The notes under the pieces were generated by a model. It saw only the letters and a program-made list of their open reading frames with translations, searched no databases and was not told the origin of the DNA. From Octopus sinensis (Eukaryota): a stretch of 64,000 bases of DNA. The translations under genes were made by a program, and so were the position numbers. Of the stretch, positions 24,321-36,960 are shown piece after piece; positions within the stretch are counted from its first letter, which is position 1, and each line of letters opens with the position of its first letter. Where the stretch lies: assembly GCF_006345805.1 (NCBI RefSeq), contig NC_043022.1:20150001-20214000 (forward strand). Direction: 5' to 3'.

Positions 24321-24429
24321 TATATATATATATATAATATATATATATATACCCATACTAGTATGGAAGGCAGACGTTAAACGATGATGATGATAATATA
24401 TCAGTGATCATATATATATATATCATTTT

Positions 24430-24810
24430 ATCTTTTTTTTTAATCTTTTTACTTGTTTCAATCATTTAACTGTGCCCATGCTGGGGCACTGTCTTGAAAG
24501 GTTTTAGTCAAACAAATTGATCCCAGAACTTCTTTCTTTTAAGCCTCATACGTATTCTATCGGTCTCTTTTGCTGAACCGCTAAGTTACGGGAATGTAGA
24601 CACCAACAGCAGAACTTCAAAGTTTGGGCTTCCAACCAGGCCTTTTGCGATGCTCTTAAAGTCAGGAACTTTCCAGCACCCTCTCCTATATATGATGGGA
24701 TTCTTTCAGTTTCCGTCTAACAAATCCACTTGCCAAATGTGATGTGCATGGGGACTGAACCTGGATGTGTGTCATTGGGAAGCAAGCTTCTTACCACACA
24801 GCTACACCAT
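24430..24810 (-). mobile_element. SINE family A, diverged
   Basis: Tail, body and head motifs recognisable. Confidence 0.65.
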
Positions 24811-24824
24811 ATATATCTTCATCT

Positions 24825-24980
24825 TCATACATCCACCTTCTATGCTGGCATGGGTTGGATGGTTTGGCAGGAGCTGACCAGGCTGAAGACTACACCAGGT
24901 TTCTGTGTTTGTTTTGGCATGGTTTTTACAGATGGATGCCCTTCCAATTGCCAACCACTTGACAGTGTGGAGTGGATGCT
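24825..24980 (-). mobile_element. RTE-LINE 3' end fragment
   Basis: tatgctggcatgggttggatgg...gatggatgcccttcc motif. Confidence 0.65.
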
Positions 24981-25026
24981 TTATACATATGTATATATAC
25001 ATATGTTTCTTTATTAGGTTAAAAGA

Positions 25027-25200
25027 TGGGCTGAATCCTGGAAGCACTGCAATACCAGGCCAACCCATGGCAAAAGCAGAGCAAGCCCCTAACACTTTGC
25101 CTTGTTCTAAAAATCAGTTTAATATCAATGGCCCCAAATAGGGACCGTATCAGATATTAAGCTGATAAGAACAGATACTACACTTTGATCTTAGCTAAAA
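25027..25200 (-). pseudogene. RNU2: Near full-length U2 snRNA copy lacking the first ~15 nt (probable pseudogene)
   Basis: Minus strand: ttttagctaagatcaaagtgtagtatctgttcttatcagcttaatatctgatacg (branch-point recognition, stem IIa), stem IIb ggtccctatttggggcc, Sm-like gatttttag, ggggcttgctc, stem IV cctggtattgcagtgcttccagg. Confidence 0.85.
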
Positions 25201-25221
25201 TATATATGTATGTATGTATTG

Positions 25222-25452
25222 AAGACGGCGAGCTGGCAGAAACGTTAGCACCCCGGGCGAAATGCATTGCTGTATTTCGTCTGCCGTTGCGTTCTGAGTT
25301 CAAATTCCTCCAAGGTCAACTTTGCCTTTCATCCTTCCGGGGTCGATAAATTAAGTACCAGTTACGCACTGGAGTCGATGTAATCGACTTAATCCCTTTG
25401 TCTGTCCTTGTTTGTCTCCTCTGTGTTTAGCTCCTTGTGGGTAGTAAAGAAA
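25222..25452 (+). mobile_element. SINE family B, full length
   Basis: Head, core and tail gtaaagaaata. Confidence 0.88.
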
Positions 25453-26003
25453 TATATATGTATATATGTATATGTCTTTGTATGTGTGTGTGTGGTGTAT
25501 ATGAATGGCCATCGTAATTCTCAAATACAATTAAATGCACACACAGACACACACACAGACACACACACATGCATGACAACATGTGCTATTTCAGATCAAA
25601 TCTCATGATAGTAGACAAAACCAAAGCAAACACAAGCAAAAAGTAGCCGCAACAACAACAACAGCAGCAGTAATAGTAATAAATAAGAGTAGTTACACTA
25701 ATACTAATAATATTACAACTCCGGAATTCTTGAAATAAGATCTTGCTAAACAATATGTCTGAAAAGCACCGACATCATACTCACACATACAGAGACAAAA
25801 ACATTAAAAAAAAGGCCCCAAACAACAATAAAAATAGAAAACCACACCGCACCTCATCTCCTGCTGTTAAACTACGACAAACCTTTAAGTTCAGGAAATC
25901 TTTACGGACTGAAATAAATGTCAGAATATTCATAGTGTCGATTGCGGCCAGTTAAAGAGTGACATTATTGGTTGCTCGAGGTTTTTTTTGTTTGTGTTTC
26001 TCA

Positions 26004-26042
<39 letters not shown>

Positions 26043-26241
26043 CGCATGCACGCACGCACGCATGCACACACACACACACACGTATATATATAGCTACATA
26101 TATGTGGGTGAGTGTACATCTATAACATAGTATTTCATAAGTCCTGGGGTCGATTTGCTCGACTAAAGGCAATGCTCCAGCATGGCCGCAGTCAAATGAC
26201 TGCAATAAGTAAATATATATATGTAATATATATATATATAT

Positions 26242-26278
<37 letters not shown>

Positions 26279-26344
26279 GCATGGAAGCGGACGTTAAACA
26301 ATGATGATGATGATGATGATGATGATATATATATGTGTGTGTAT

Positions 26345-26569
26345 CTATATATATGTATGTATACCGGAGTAAACACATAAATGTGAAACAAAGTGGAAAA
26401 AAGAGTACTCAAATACCGTGGTAGAGTAATATGCTTTATTTAAAGCAGCAGAAATTCAACAAAACCTGTTACTCTGAGTTTCCCGTTGCCGTTCATCGGA
26501 CAGTTTTTGCAACAGGAAACTCAGAGTAACAGGTTTTGTTGAATTTTCTGCTGCTTTAAATAAAGTATA
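26345..26569. mobile_element. Short fold-back of a putative PLE terminus (family P3), hammerhead-like motif on minus strand 26467-26503
   Basis: Inverted arms 26431-26483 and 26515-26569; minus strand ctgt-CCGATGA-acggcaacgg-GAAAC-tcaga-GTA-acag. Confidence 0.6.
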
Positions 26570-26589
26570 TGTATGTATATATGTTTATG

Positions 26590-26642
<53 letters not shown>

Positions 26643-26676
26643 GTGTGTATGTATGTATTATATATGTGTGTGTCTG

Positions 26677-26707
<31 letters not shown>

Positions 26708-26886
26708 GTATGTATATATATATGTGTGTGTCTGATATACATATAAATATATATATGTGTGTATGTATGTATATATATATGTGTGGTGGTCTGTATATAC
26801 ATATAAATATATATATTTGTGTGTATATATATGTATGTACATATATATAGATATGTATATGCGTATGTATATGTGTGTGTGTATGG

Positions 26887-26939
<53 letters not shown>

Positions 26940-27133
26940 GGAGAATTCACAAAAAAACTTAACACAAAAGAGGTGGTGTAGTCAACAAACAGATGTATTA
27001 TAGATTAACGCTCGGGAAGTGAAGAAGTCTTTAACGTTTCGAGCATACGCTCTTCCACAGAAAGAATCAAGGAGAGAAAATATATATACACATACATATA
27101 TATGTACATACACACACACATACACATATATAC

Positions 27134-27166
<33 letters not shown>

Positions 27167-27350
27167 CACACACACATACACATATATGTATACACATGTA
27201 TGTGTGTGTGTGTATGTATATATGTATGTGTATCTGTATATGTGTGGATGTGTATATATGTATGTGTATAGATATATATATATATGTGTGTGTGTGTGTA
27301 TGTATAAATGTATCTGTGCATATATATGTCTATGTATGTGTGTACGTGTA

Positions 27351-27382
<32 letters not shown>

Positions 27383-27461
27383 GTAATGTATATATATGTA
27401 TATATATATATATGTGTGTGTGTATATATATATATATACATATATATACATATATATATAT

Positions 27462-27511
<50 letters not shown>

Positions 27512-27606
27512 GTGTGTGTGTATATTATAATATATCTACATATATATATATATACATACATATATATATATATATATACACATATATATATATATATATA
27601 CATACA

Positions 27607-27644
<38 letters not shown>

Positions 27645-27679
27645 CATATATATTATATATATATATGTATATATATATG

Positions 27680-27712
<33 letters not shown>

Positions 27713-27859
27713 GTATATCATATGCATATATATATGTATATATATATACGTATATATATATACGTATAATATATACTATATATATATAGCGTATATATAT
27801 ATACATCTACATATATATATATATACATTATATATATACATATATAATATATATACTAC

Positions 27860-27912
<53 letters not shown>

Positions 27913-27930
27913 ATATCTATATATATATAT
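26570..27930. repeat. Very long compound (TA)n/(TG)n/(CA)n microsatellite field
   Basis: Direct inspection; ~60-bp higher-order units at 26640-26830. Confidence 0.92.
26938..27080 (-). mobile_element. Family P1 repeat with hammerhead-like motif 27026-27064
   Basis: Minus strand ttt-CTGTGGA-a-gagc-gtat-gctc-GAAAC-GT-TA-aaga; embedded in TA tract. Confidence 0.5.
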
Positions 27931-28654
27931 ATGCTTATATGTTTATGTATGTACTTTGTGTATTTATTGGTGTGTCTTTGGTGGTGGTGTTGGTTGGGTT
28001 TTCCACTCATCTGAGTTTCTCCAAATGTCACTATGGCTTTTGTTGCGTGTGTGTGTGTGTGTGTCTGTGTGTATGATATTTATCTTCTATATGCTGGTGA
28101 GAAAGTACATGTGTATCTGACATGTTTGTGTGTGTGTTACTGCCTAGAGATGTGTAAGTGTTTGCACGTCTGCACTATCTAGTTATATATGTATATATAT
28201 ATATATGTATATATTATATGTATGTATGTATGTGTTTGCACATGCATATGTTGGCATATGTATGCATGTGTATTCCCTCCTCACTACCACCATTACCTCT
28301 ACAGTTCCTCGTAAAATACTGTTGCTATACTATTATTATATGCGGGAGAGAGAGAGAGAGAGAATGTGTTGTGAAATTCCTGCCACTTGAGTTATCATTT
28401 AGCTACTAAACAATGACAGTGATTTTGGGAAAATGTTTTCAATTTTGGCATTAGGGAACATTTCTGAAGATTCACCTATATTTGATGTTGTTAAAGGTTA
28501 GGGCATTTTGGCACTTCCTTGATAAAAAAAATCCTCTCAAAGTCTCAAAGTTGTATTGTTTTTTCTTGTTTTAAATTTTGGGATATTTTATGCTTTTGTT
28601 TTAGTTTTTTTTCCATTGAATTGTTTGTTTTGGACGAGATGGGATGCTAGTGTT

Positions 28655-28890
28655 GTTGGGTGGTGGTGGTGGTGATGATGAAGGAATGTTGATGATAATG
28701 TTAGCAGTACAGGTAGTAGTAGTGGTGGTGGTGGTGGGGTGGTGAAATGATTTTTATGACATTGGTAGCAGTATAGGATGTAGCTGTGGTGGTGGTTTTG
28801 TGATGATGATGATGATGATGGTAATGATGATGGTAATTCAATGGCGGTAATGTTGATGAGGATTGTGGTGGTGGTGGTGGTGGTGATGGT
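28655..28890. repeat. (GGT)n/(GAT)n low-complexity tract
   Basis: Direct inspection. Confidence 0.8.
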
Positions 28891-29346
28891 GGGAGCAGTG
28901 AATGACATATTTAACCTTTTCAACACTAATATTTCTTTCCCCTCCTTTTGGCATTTTATTAACTCTTTCGTAAATCTGTTTCTCTGCATTAAAAAACAAT
29001 AAAAGTAGTTTACCTATGTCATCTTGTTTTTGGTATTATGTTACCAGAATGGGGTTAATGGTCAGCCCTAGTGCCAAAACCTTCCTCTTTTCTTATCTCG
29101 TTTAGGTGGGATCCAGGTACGTCTGAGAAGAATAAGTATGTACATACATATATAGGTGCAGGCATAGCTCTGTGGTAAGAAGCTTGCTTCCCAACTACAT
29201 GGTTCCATATTCAGTCCCACTGCATGGCACCTTGGGCAAGTGTCTTCAACTATTGCCTTGGGCTGACCAAAGCCTTATGAGTGGAGTTGGTAGGCAAACA
29301 CACACATACATATATATGTATATACTTATGTGTGTGTGTGTGTATG

Positions 29347-29382
<36 letters not shown>

Positions 29383-29384
29383 AT

Positions 29385-29760
29385 ATTAGGGAGTATAACT
29401 CCAAGCTTACAGGGAAAAATTCAATTTAGTATTAAATCAAATTTCACAATATAAATATATAATATATAAATTAGAGAAAAACCACTATTATGCAATTCAA
29501 ACAATGATAGATATAAACCAAATTGAAATAAAAAATAAAATATATTTTTTAAAACATATAACTAGATCGCAAAAAGTATAAAAATGAATAATCAATATAT
29601 ATTAAGTAAAAAAAATTACATACGTTTCATGGCTATAATTAAATTCGAATTACAATTAAATTTAAATTTAATCGGAAATCAATTCAATTTAAAATTATAG
29701 TCACTCTTCAGGTTAACAATAATAACAATAATAGTTAAATAAATAAGCAAATAGTTAAAC
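29385..29760 (-). mobile_element. AT-rich putative PLE terminus (family P4), hammerhead-like motif 29610-29716
   Basis: Minus strand CTGAAGA-gtgactataatt...aattatagccat-GAAAC-GTAT-GTA; preceded by (TA)n. Confidence 0.45.
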
Positions 29761-29824
29761 AATATTTATTTAAAAATAAAATAAAGCTGGAAAGATTCTG
29801 AGAGTTTCTTGTGGCATGTAAAAA

Positions 29825-30040
29825 GTGGCGAGCTGGCAGAAACGTTAGCACGCCGGGTGAAATGCGCAGCCGTATTTCGTCTGCCGTTACATTCTGAGTT
29901 CAAATTCCGCTAAGGTCGACTTTGCCTTTCATCCTTTCGGGGTCAATTAAATAAGTACCAGTTACGCACTGGGGTTGATGTAATCGACTTAATCTGTTTG
30001 TCCCCTACGTGTTTAGCCCCTTGTGGGTAGTAAAGAAATA
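29825..30040 (+). mobile_element. SINE family B
   Basis: Head, core and tail. Confidence 0.85.
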
Positions 30041-30320
30041 GGCATGTAAAAAGCACCATTGAGCGTTGGGCGTCATGGAAACAATGTGACTGGTGCTGGT
30101 GTCACATAACTGGCACCCGTGGGGGTGACACATAGAAGCACCCATTGCACTCTTGGAGTGGTTGGTGTTAGGAAGGGCACCCAGCAATAGAAACCATGAT
30201 AAAAAATCAGACTAGAGTCTGGTGTTCCCTTCAGCTTATCAGCCCTGGTCAAACTGACCAACCCATGCCAGCATGGGCAACAGACATTAGATGGTGATGA
30301 TACTGATGATGATGATGATG
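30040..30320 (+). mobile_element. RTE-LINE 3' end fragment
   Basis: ccaacccatgccagcatgg plus (gat)n tail. Confidence 0.7.
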
Positions 30321-30539
30321 CCACTGATCCTGGCTGTGAGAAACAAGAAACACCAGCTTAAACAACAATGCCAACAGTAACATGTTGAATAATAATTACT
30401 CTCTACTTTTCCATGCCAGAACCTTCCACCATGCTTGGAGTAACAATAAAGAATTATGTTGGCAGCAAATAGCGTTTAGTGGTCCTGGAATATAAATTGT
30501 ATGTTAATGAGCCTGTCTTCGTTTTGTGTACTATATTAA

Positions 30540-30576
30540 AAAAACACATATATATATACACACACACATATATATA

Positions 30577-30615
<39 letters not shown>

Positions 30616-31123
30616 CCACACATATATATAATATATATATATATAATATACATATATATATATATATATTATATATTCATACATACATATATATTAGATA
30701 GATATCTAATACATACATACCTATCTATATATATATATATATACATACATACTATATATATAATATATATATATATACATACATACGACCATACATACAT
30801 ATAATATATACATATTATAATATATATACATACATATATATATATAACATACATATATATATATATATATATACATACATATATATATATATATAATATA
30901 CATACATACATACATAATATATATATACATACATACATACATATATATATTACACACACACACACACACATATATATATATGCACATATATATATACACA
31001 CACACACACACACTATATATATATGCACATATATTACCACACCACACACACACACACACCTATATATATATGCACATATTATACACACAACACACACACA
31101 CACACCACATATATATATATGCC

Positions 31124-31170
<47 letters not shown>
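30540..31170. repeat. Compound (TA)n/(CA)n microsatellite
   Basis: Direct inspection. Confidence 0.92.
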
Positions 31171-31178
<8 letters not shown>

Positions 31179-31182
31179 ATCT

Positions 31183-31340
31183 CATCATCATTGTCATTTC
31201 GTGTCTGTTTTCCATGCTGGCATGGGTGTTAGAAGGTTTGACTGGAACCTTTAAGCCAGAGAGCTACACCAATATCCAGTCTGTTTTGGCTTGGTTTCTA
31301 CAGCTGGATGCCCTTCCTAACACCAACCACTCTGTTTGAT
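31183..31340 (-). mobile_element. RTE-LINE 3' end fragment
   Basis: Conserved 3'UTR motif. Confidence 0.65.
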
Positions 31341-31517
31341 GTGCAAAGACACAAGATAAAAAAAAATACCTCACTTTGGAACATATAAGTAGGGTTCAGC
31401 ATCAGAGAGGGCCTCTGGATAGAGAAAACTTCACCACAAGATCTCATCAGACTCATGCCACCATGGAAAAATGCAAAATTTGAAAAACGACGATGATTGA
31501 CAACAATGATGATGTTT

Positions 31518-31926
31518 ACTCTTTACTCTTTTACTTTTTCAGTCATTTGACTGCGGGCCATGCTGGAGCACCACCACCTTTTAATCGAGCACTCGACCTG
31601 GGATTTATTCTTTTGTAAGCCCTGTACTTATTCTATCGGTCTCTCTTTTTGTCTATCCTCTTTGCCGAACCGCTAATAACGGGGACATAAACACACCAGC
31701 ATCGGTTGTCAAGCAATGCTAGGGGGAACAAAACACACACGCATATATATATATATATATATACGAAGGGCTTCTTTCAGTTTCCGTCTACCAAATCCAC
31801 TCAAAAGGTTTTGGTCGGCCCGAGGCTATAGTAGAAGACACTTGCCCAAGATGCCACACAGTGGGACTGAACCCGGAACCATGTGGTTGGTAAACAAGCT
31901 ACTTACCACACAGCCACTCCTGCGCC
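31518..31926 (-). mobile_element. SINE family A, full length
   Basis: High identity to other copies. Confidence 0.88.
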
Positions 31927-32489
31927 ATATGTTTGCAATTATTAATTTCACAAATAGGTGACATACTTAACATTTGAAATTCATCAATTTTTCCCAAGTA
32001 TTTATTGACTGTTTTCTCATGTTATTTCCATATTATTTTGATATTTTGCAGTAAAGTGAAATGCCTCCATTTGCCTCTTGGGATTATTACAAGCAGCAGT
32101 TTTTGACCTGTCCATTTGAAGTGTGTCTGTGTAAAACTCCCAGCTAGTCACAAGAAACAAACAGGTAAGATCAAAAGGAAAAAAAAAAATTATGTAATAA
32201 TAATAATAATAGTAATAATAACATTAACCTTTTTTTTATGTGTTTATTTTCACTACTGTTTAACATATTACTTATGAGGAAAGAAATGTAAAAAATGAAA
32301 GGAAATCTGATTTGCCGCCTTCTGCTACCATAAGATGTGTGTGTGTGTGTGTGTTTGAATATTTATTATTTTATGACAATCAGTTACAGATTTTTAATGG
32401 TCCAATCAATGTTTCATTGCTTTTCTGACACCGGGAAAGACAAGGAAGCACCTGTAACTGGGTGCAGATCAAATATTACAAAGAAGTTT

Positions 32490-32862
32490 ATTTGAAGAGC
32501 ACTGGTCTTCTGATTTTCTTGGTGCTGTTTCTGTTCTTACCCTGGATACACATTTACACATACACGTAAAAGTACCATCCGTTCGTGTCCGTTGCCAGCC
32601 TCGCCTGGCCCCCGTGCCGATGGCACGTAAAAGCACCATACGTTCGTGGCTGTTTGCCAGCTCCGTCTGGCACCTGTGCGGGTGGCACGTAAAAAGCACC
32701 ACTACACTCGCGGAATGGTTGGCGTTAGGAGGGCCTCCAGCCGTAGAAACACTGCCAGATCGACTGGGCCTGATGCAGCCTTCTGGCTTCCCAGACCCCA
32801 GTTGAACCGTCCAACCCATGCTAGCATGGAAACGGACTCTAATGATGAATGATGATGATGGA
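32490..32862 (+). mobile_element. RTE-LINE 3' end with internal gtggcacgtaaaag repeats
   Basis: ccaacccatgctagcatggaaa plus (gat)n tail. Confidence 0.75.
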
Positions 32863-33093
32863 CATACACTCATAAGCACATACACCTGATTCACACACAC
32901 ATACATGTATATGTACATATGCATATGTGCATGTATATAGCCACAGGTGTGGCTGTGTGGTAAGAAGCTTGCTTCCCAATCACATGTACTGCTTAAAGGT
33001 ACATTTCTTTCCTGCCAAGCTTACTGTTTAAACCACGCTTGTGTTCTCCCAGTCTACAGTCTTATCATTACTGGTACTTTAAACTCTTCGGTT

Positions 33094-33503
33094 ACTCTCT
33101 CTCTCTCTTACTTGTTTCAGTCATTTGATTGCGGCCATGCTGGAGCACCACCTTTAGTCGAGCAAATCGACCCCGGGACTTATTCTTTGTAAGCCCAGTA
33201 CTTATTCTATCGGTCTCTTTTACCGAACCACTAAGTGACGGGGACATAAACAGACCAGCATCGGTTGTCAAGCAATGCTAGGGGGACAAACACAGACACA
33301 CAAACGTATAAACACACACATATATATATATACATATATACGACGGGCTTCTTTCAGTTTCCGTCTACCAAATCCACTCACAAGGCTTTGGTTCGGCCCG
33401 AGGCTATAGTAGAAGACACTTGCCCCAAGGTGCCACAGTGAGACTGAACCCGGAACCATGTGTTGGTAAACAAGCTACTTACCACACAGCCACTCCTGCG
33501 CCT
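33094..33503 (-). mobile_element. SINE family A, full length
   Basis: High identity to other copies. Confidence 0.9.
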
Positions 33504-33974
33504 ATTGTTGCATATTTGTGTGAATAAAATCGTTTTTTTTGGAATAGAAAAAAAGTTTATCTTTATTTCTTCTTTTGCTGCTGTCTCAAATTTAGGTTAA
33601 ATCAGTGTTTCTCAAAGGGGAAGTTTATGGGACAGTCGGACAAGTTGTTTTGAGAAAATTTGGTTTAAATGTTTGACAACTCAGCACCGTCCATTGGACG
33701 GGTGGAGAGGTGCTTTGCTCATTATTAATATTAAGGCAGCAAGCTGGCAGAATCATTAGCACACCGGACAAAATGCTTTGTGGTATTTCCTCCATCGCAG
33801 TGTTCTGAGTTCAAATTCTGCCATCCTTTCGGGTTCAATAAATTAAATATCAGCAAAACACTGGTGGTGGTGTTGGTTGTGGGTGGGGTCGATGTAGTCA
33901 ACTACTCCCTTCCTACCAAATTTCAGGCCTTGTGCCTTTAGTAGAAAGGATTATTATTATTATTATTATTATTA

Positions 33975-34420
33975 TTATCTGTCCATTTTCCATTATTGCA
34001 TGGGTTGGGCAGATTGACAGGAATTGGCATGTGCAAGGTTCCATCGTTTTCTCTGGCATAGTTTCTACAGCTGAATGCCTTTCTTAATGCCAACCACTTT
34101 ACAAAGTGTACTAATGCTGGCAGCGGTGCTTTTTACATGGTACCTGCATGGCTGCTTGTTATGTGGTACCAGCACAGGTGCTTATAAAGTTTTTCTGGCA
34201 TGGGTGCTTTTGTGGGTCCTGAATGGGTGCCTGTTCTTGTGGTGCTGGCACGGGTGCTTTGAATGTGGCATCAGCACAGGTGCTTTGAATGTGGGGCTGG
34301 CACAAGTGCAATTTATGTGGTGCTGGTATGGGTGCTTTTCTCAGTGCACCAGCATGGGTGCCTTTTATGTGGTGCCGGCACTGTTTCTCATACTGTGCCA
34401 TTGGCACAAGTACTTTTTAC
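33975..34420 (-). mobile_element. RTE-LINE 3' end with degenerate ~26-bp VNTR (34130-34420)
   Basis: Repeated ggtgctttt..atgtggcaccagcac units. Confidence 0.7.
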
Positions 34421-34425
34421 ACATC

Positions 34426-34822
34426 AGGTGCAGGAGTGGCTGTGTGGTAAGTAGCTTGTTTACCAACCACATAGTTCCGGGTTCAGTCCCACTGCGTGGC
34501 ACCTTAGGCAAGTGTCTTCTACTATAGCCTCAGGCCGACCAAAGCCTTGTGAGTGGATTTGGTAGACGGAAACTGAAAGAAGCCTGTCGTATATATGTAT
34601 ATATATCATGCGTGTGTGTGTTTGTGTGTTGTGTTTTTCCCCCTAGCATTGCTTGACAACCGATGCTGGTGTGTTTATGTCCCCGTTACTTAGCGGTTTC
34701 GGCAAAGAGACCGATAGAATAAGTACTGGGCTTACAAAAAGAATAAGTCCCGGTCGAGTTGCTTCGATTAAAGGCGGTGCTCCAGCATGGCCGCAGTCAA
34801 ATACTGAAACAAGTAAAAGAGT
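34426..34822 (+). mobile_element. SINE family A, full length
   Basis: High identity to other copies. Confidence 0.9.
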
Positions 34823-34867
34823 ATACCCATGATAATATATATTCAGGCATGGCAGTGTGGTCAGTAT

Positions 34868-35276
34868 ACTCTTTTACATTTTTATTTGTTTCAGTCATTT
34901 GACTGTGGCCATGCTGGGGCACTGCCTTTAGTTAAATAAATCGACCCAGGAGTCATTCTTTGTAAGCCTAGTACTTATTCTATCTGTCTCTTTTGCTGAA
35001 CCGCTAAGTTACAGGGACGTAAACACACCAGCATCGGTTGGCAAATGCTGGTGGGGGGACAAACACACACACACGTACACACACACACACGTACACACAC
35101 ACACACACATATAACGGGCTTCTTTCAGTTTCCGTCTACCAAAATCCACTCAAAGGGCTTTGGTTGGCTTGCAGCTGTAGTAGAAGATATTTGCCCAAGA
35201 TGCCACACAGTGGTACTGAACCCGGAACCATGTAATTGGTAAGCAAGCTACTTACCACACAGCCACTTCTGCGCCT
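34868..35276 (-). mobile_element. SINE family A, full length
   Basis: Tail-to-tail with the preceding copy. Confidence 0.88.
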
Positions 35277-35919
35277 ATATGTTCATTTGACAATCATGTG
35301 TAGTTTTAGGTTCAGTTCCACTGCATGGCACCTCAGGCAAATGTCTTTGGTTGACCAATACTTCATCTTACTAATTGTCCAACAGCTGTCTCATATTGTC
35401 ATTGTCTGCTATGCAATAATGTTGATTAAGCATAGGGAAACCTTAGAGCTCATTCAAGCTTTCAAATTTTGTCAGTTTTCTAGCCCTAAGTGCTTGGTTG
35501 ATATTTGAAGTGTCTAGAATTATTTGCAGTGGATGTTAAAGAGTTAATTATATTCATAATATTAACAATAACTCATCAAAGATATTTAAACATATAATTA
35601 TTATAGGGCCATTTTTTGTGGTCTTTATAATACATTGCTTTTGGCCTTTTAACTTATTTTTTGTTGTGACTGTTGTTGTCCTATATTCATCGAGTCCAAA
35701 ACAAACATACGAAAGAAACAAAAAATCCAAATATAGCAACAAAAAAAAACAAAAGAAAAGAAGTGAAATGTAACGATTAAGATTGACCATTATTTATAGG
35801 TTTTGATAATTAATTTGAGAACATGTGCCGTCTTGCACGTAAAGTAACTTTTCCTTTCTTCTCCTGTTCAGCTTAGTTTGTTCGGAAATTACTCAAGTAG
35901 TTAGTTTGCTTGTGTACTT

Positions 35920-36960
35920 TATGGTGTGAATCTATAAATAGATGGTGTTGTGTGATCAGTAAAATCTTGGGTGTGAGTTGCAATCTTGTGGTATGGGTTA
36001 TCTTGTGTGGATTTGATCTTCTGGTGTGGATTAATCTTGGCGTGTGGATTAATTTTGTGGTGTGGGTTATCTTGTGGTGTGGATTACAAATAGCTAGTTC
36101 TTTGATTTATAGTAAGTGGTGTTTTGTGTGTATGTGTTGTATTGCTTGATAAATAACTGGTGTTGTATGTACTTTATGATGATGTGTGGTCTGTAAAAAC
36201 TTGGGGTGTGAACATCTTGTGGCATGGGTTATGAAAATCTAGTCTTGTGTGGTTTATAGTAACTGGTGATGTGTGTGTGTTGTGTAACTTTATGAATGAA
36301 CAGTGTTGTGTGGTCTATAACTGATGTTGTTAGTGCTATGTGTAGTCTATAACGGTTGGTGTTGTTAGTGCTTTGTGATGCAACTTTATAAATAACTGTT
36401 ATTCATCATAACTGGTCATTTGTTAGTAGCTTGTGATGTGTGTTGTTGTGCGGTCTATAAGGTATTGTTATTGCCATATGGCAGTGGTTTTCAACCAGAG
36501 TTCCTCGGAACCTTAGGGTTCCGCCAGTGCAGTCCAAGGGTTCTGCAAGAAGTTACAAAACTGGTAAAATTGGCAGTAATTTTTAATTCTCCTGTGCAGA
36601 CATGTGTGCATAAGACTATTAAATTATTGCACAGGGGTTCCTCGAGCCAGTGGAATGTTTCCTTGGGGTTCCGCTCCAGCAAAAAGTTTGAAAAGCACTG
36701 CCATATGGTGTGGTTTTATACATATTTGTTGTGTGGTCTGTCACAACTGCTGCTGTTAATACCTTGTGTTGTGAGGCTTTATACATAACTGTTGGAGTGT
36801 GGTGTTGTTAGACTTATGAATAAATGTGTGGTCTGTAATGACTTCTGTTGTTGGTACCTTGTAATGTGGCTTTATGAATAACAGTTGTATAGTTTATAAT
36901 ATAATGAACTCTTGTTATCAGTGTCTTGTGGTGGGGCTTTATGAATAACTGATGGGATTG
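35920..36960. repeat. Old degenerate TG-rich tandem repeats (cttgtggtgtgggttat-like ~23 bp and ataactg-anchored units)
   Basis: Recurrent motifs by eye. Confidence 0.55.
36482..36700 (+). mobile_element. hAT-type MITE with 8-bp TSD CCATATGG
   Basis: TIRs cagtggttttcaac / gtttgaaaagcactg; ccatatgg at 36474-36481 and 36701-36708. Confidence 0.85.

Noticed and set aside
26569-28076. Many 70-256 aa ORFs rich in Y/I/H/T/C/V
   Set aside because: Stop-poor translations of (TA)n/(CA)n microsatellites; the same applies at 2547-3400, 11500-12950 and 30526-31339
32052-32164. Segment with strong acceptor and donor signals
   Set aside because: Stops in all three frames; could only be a UTR or non-coding exon and has no other support
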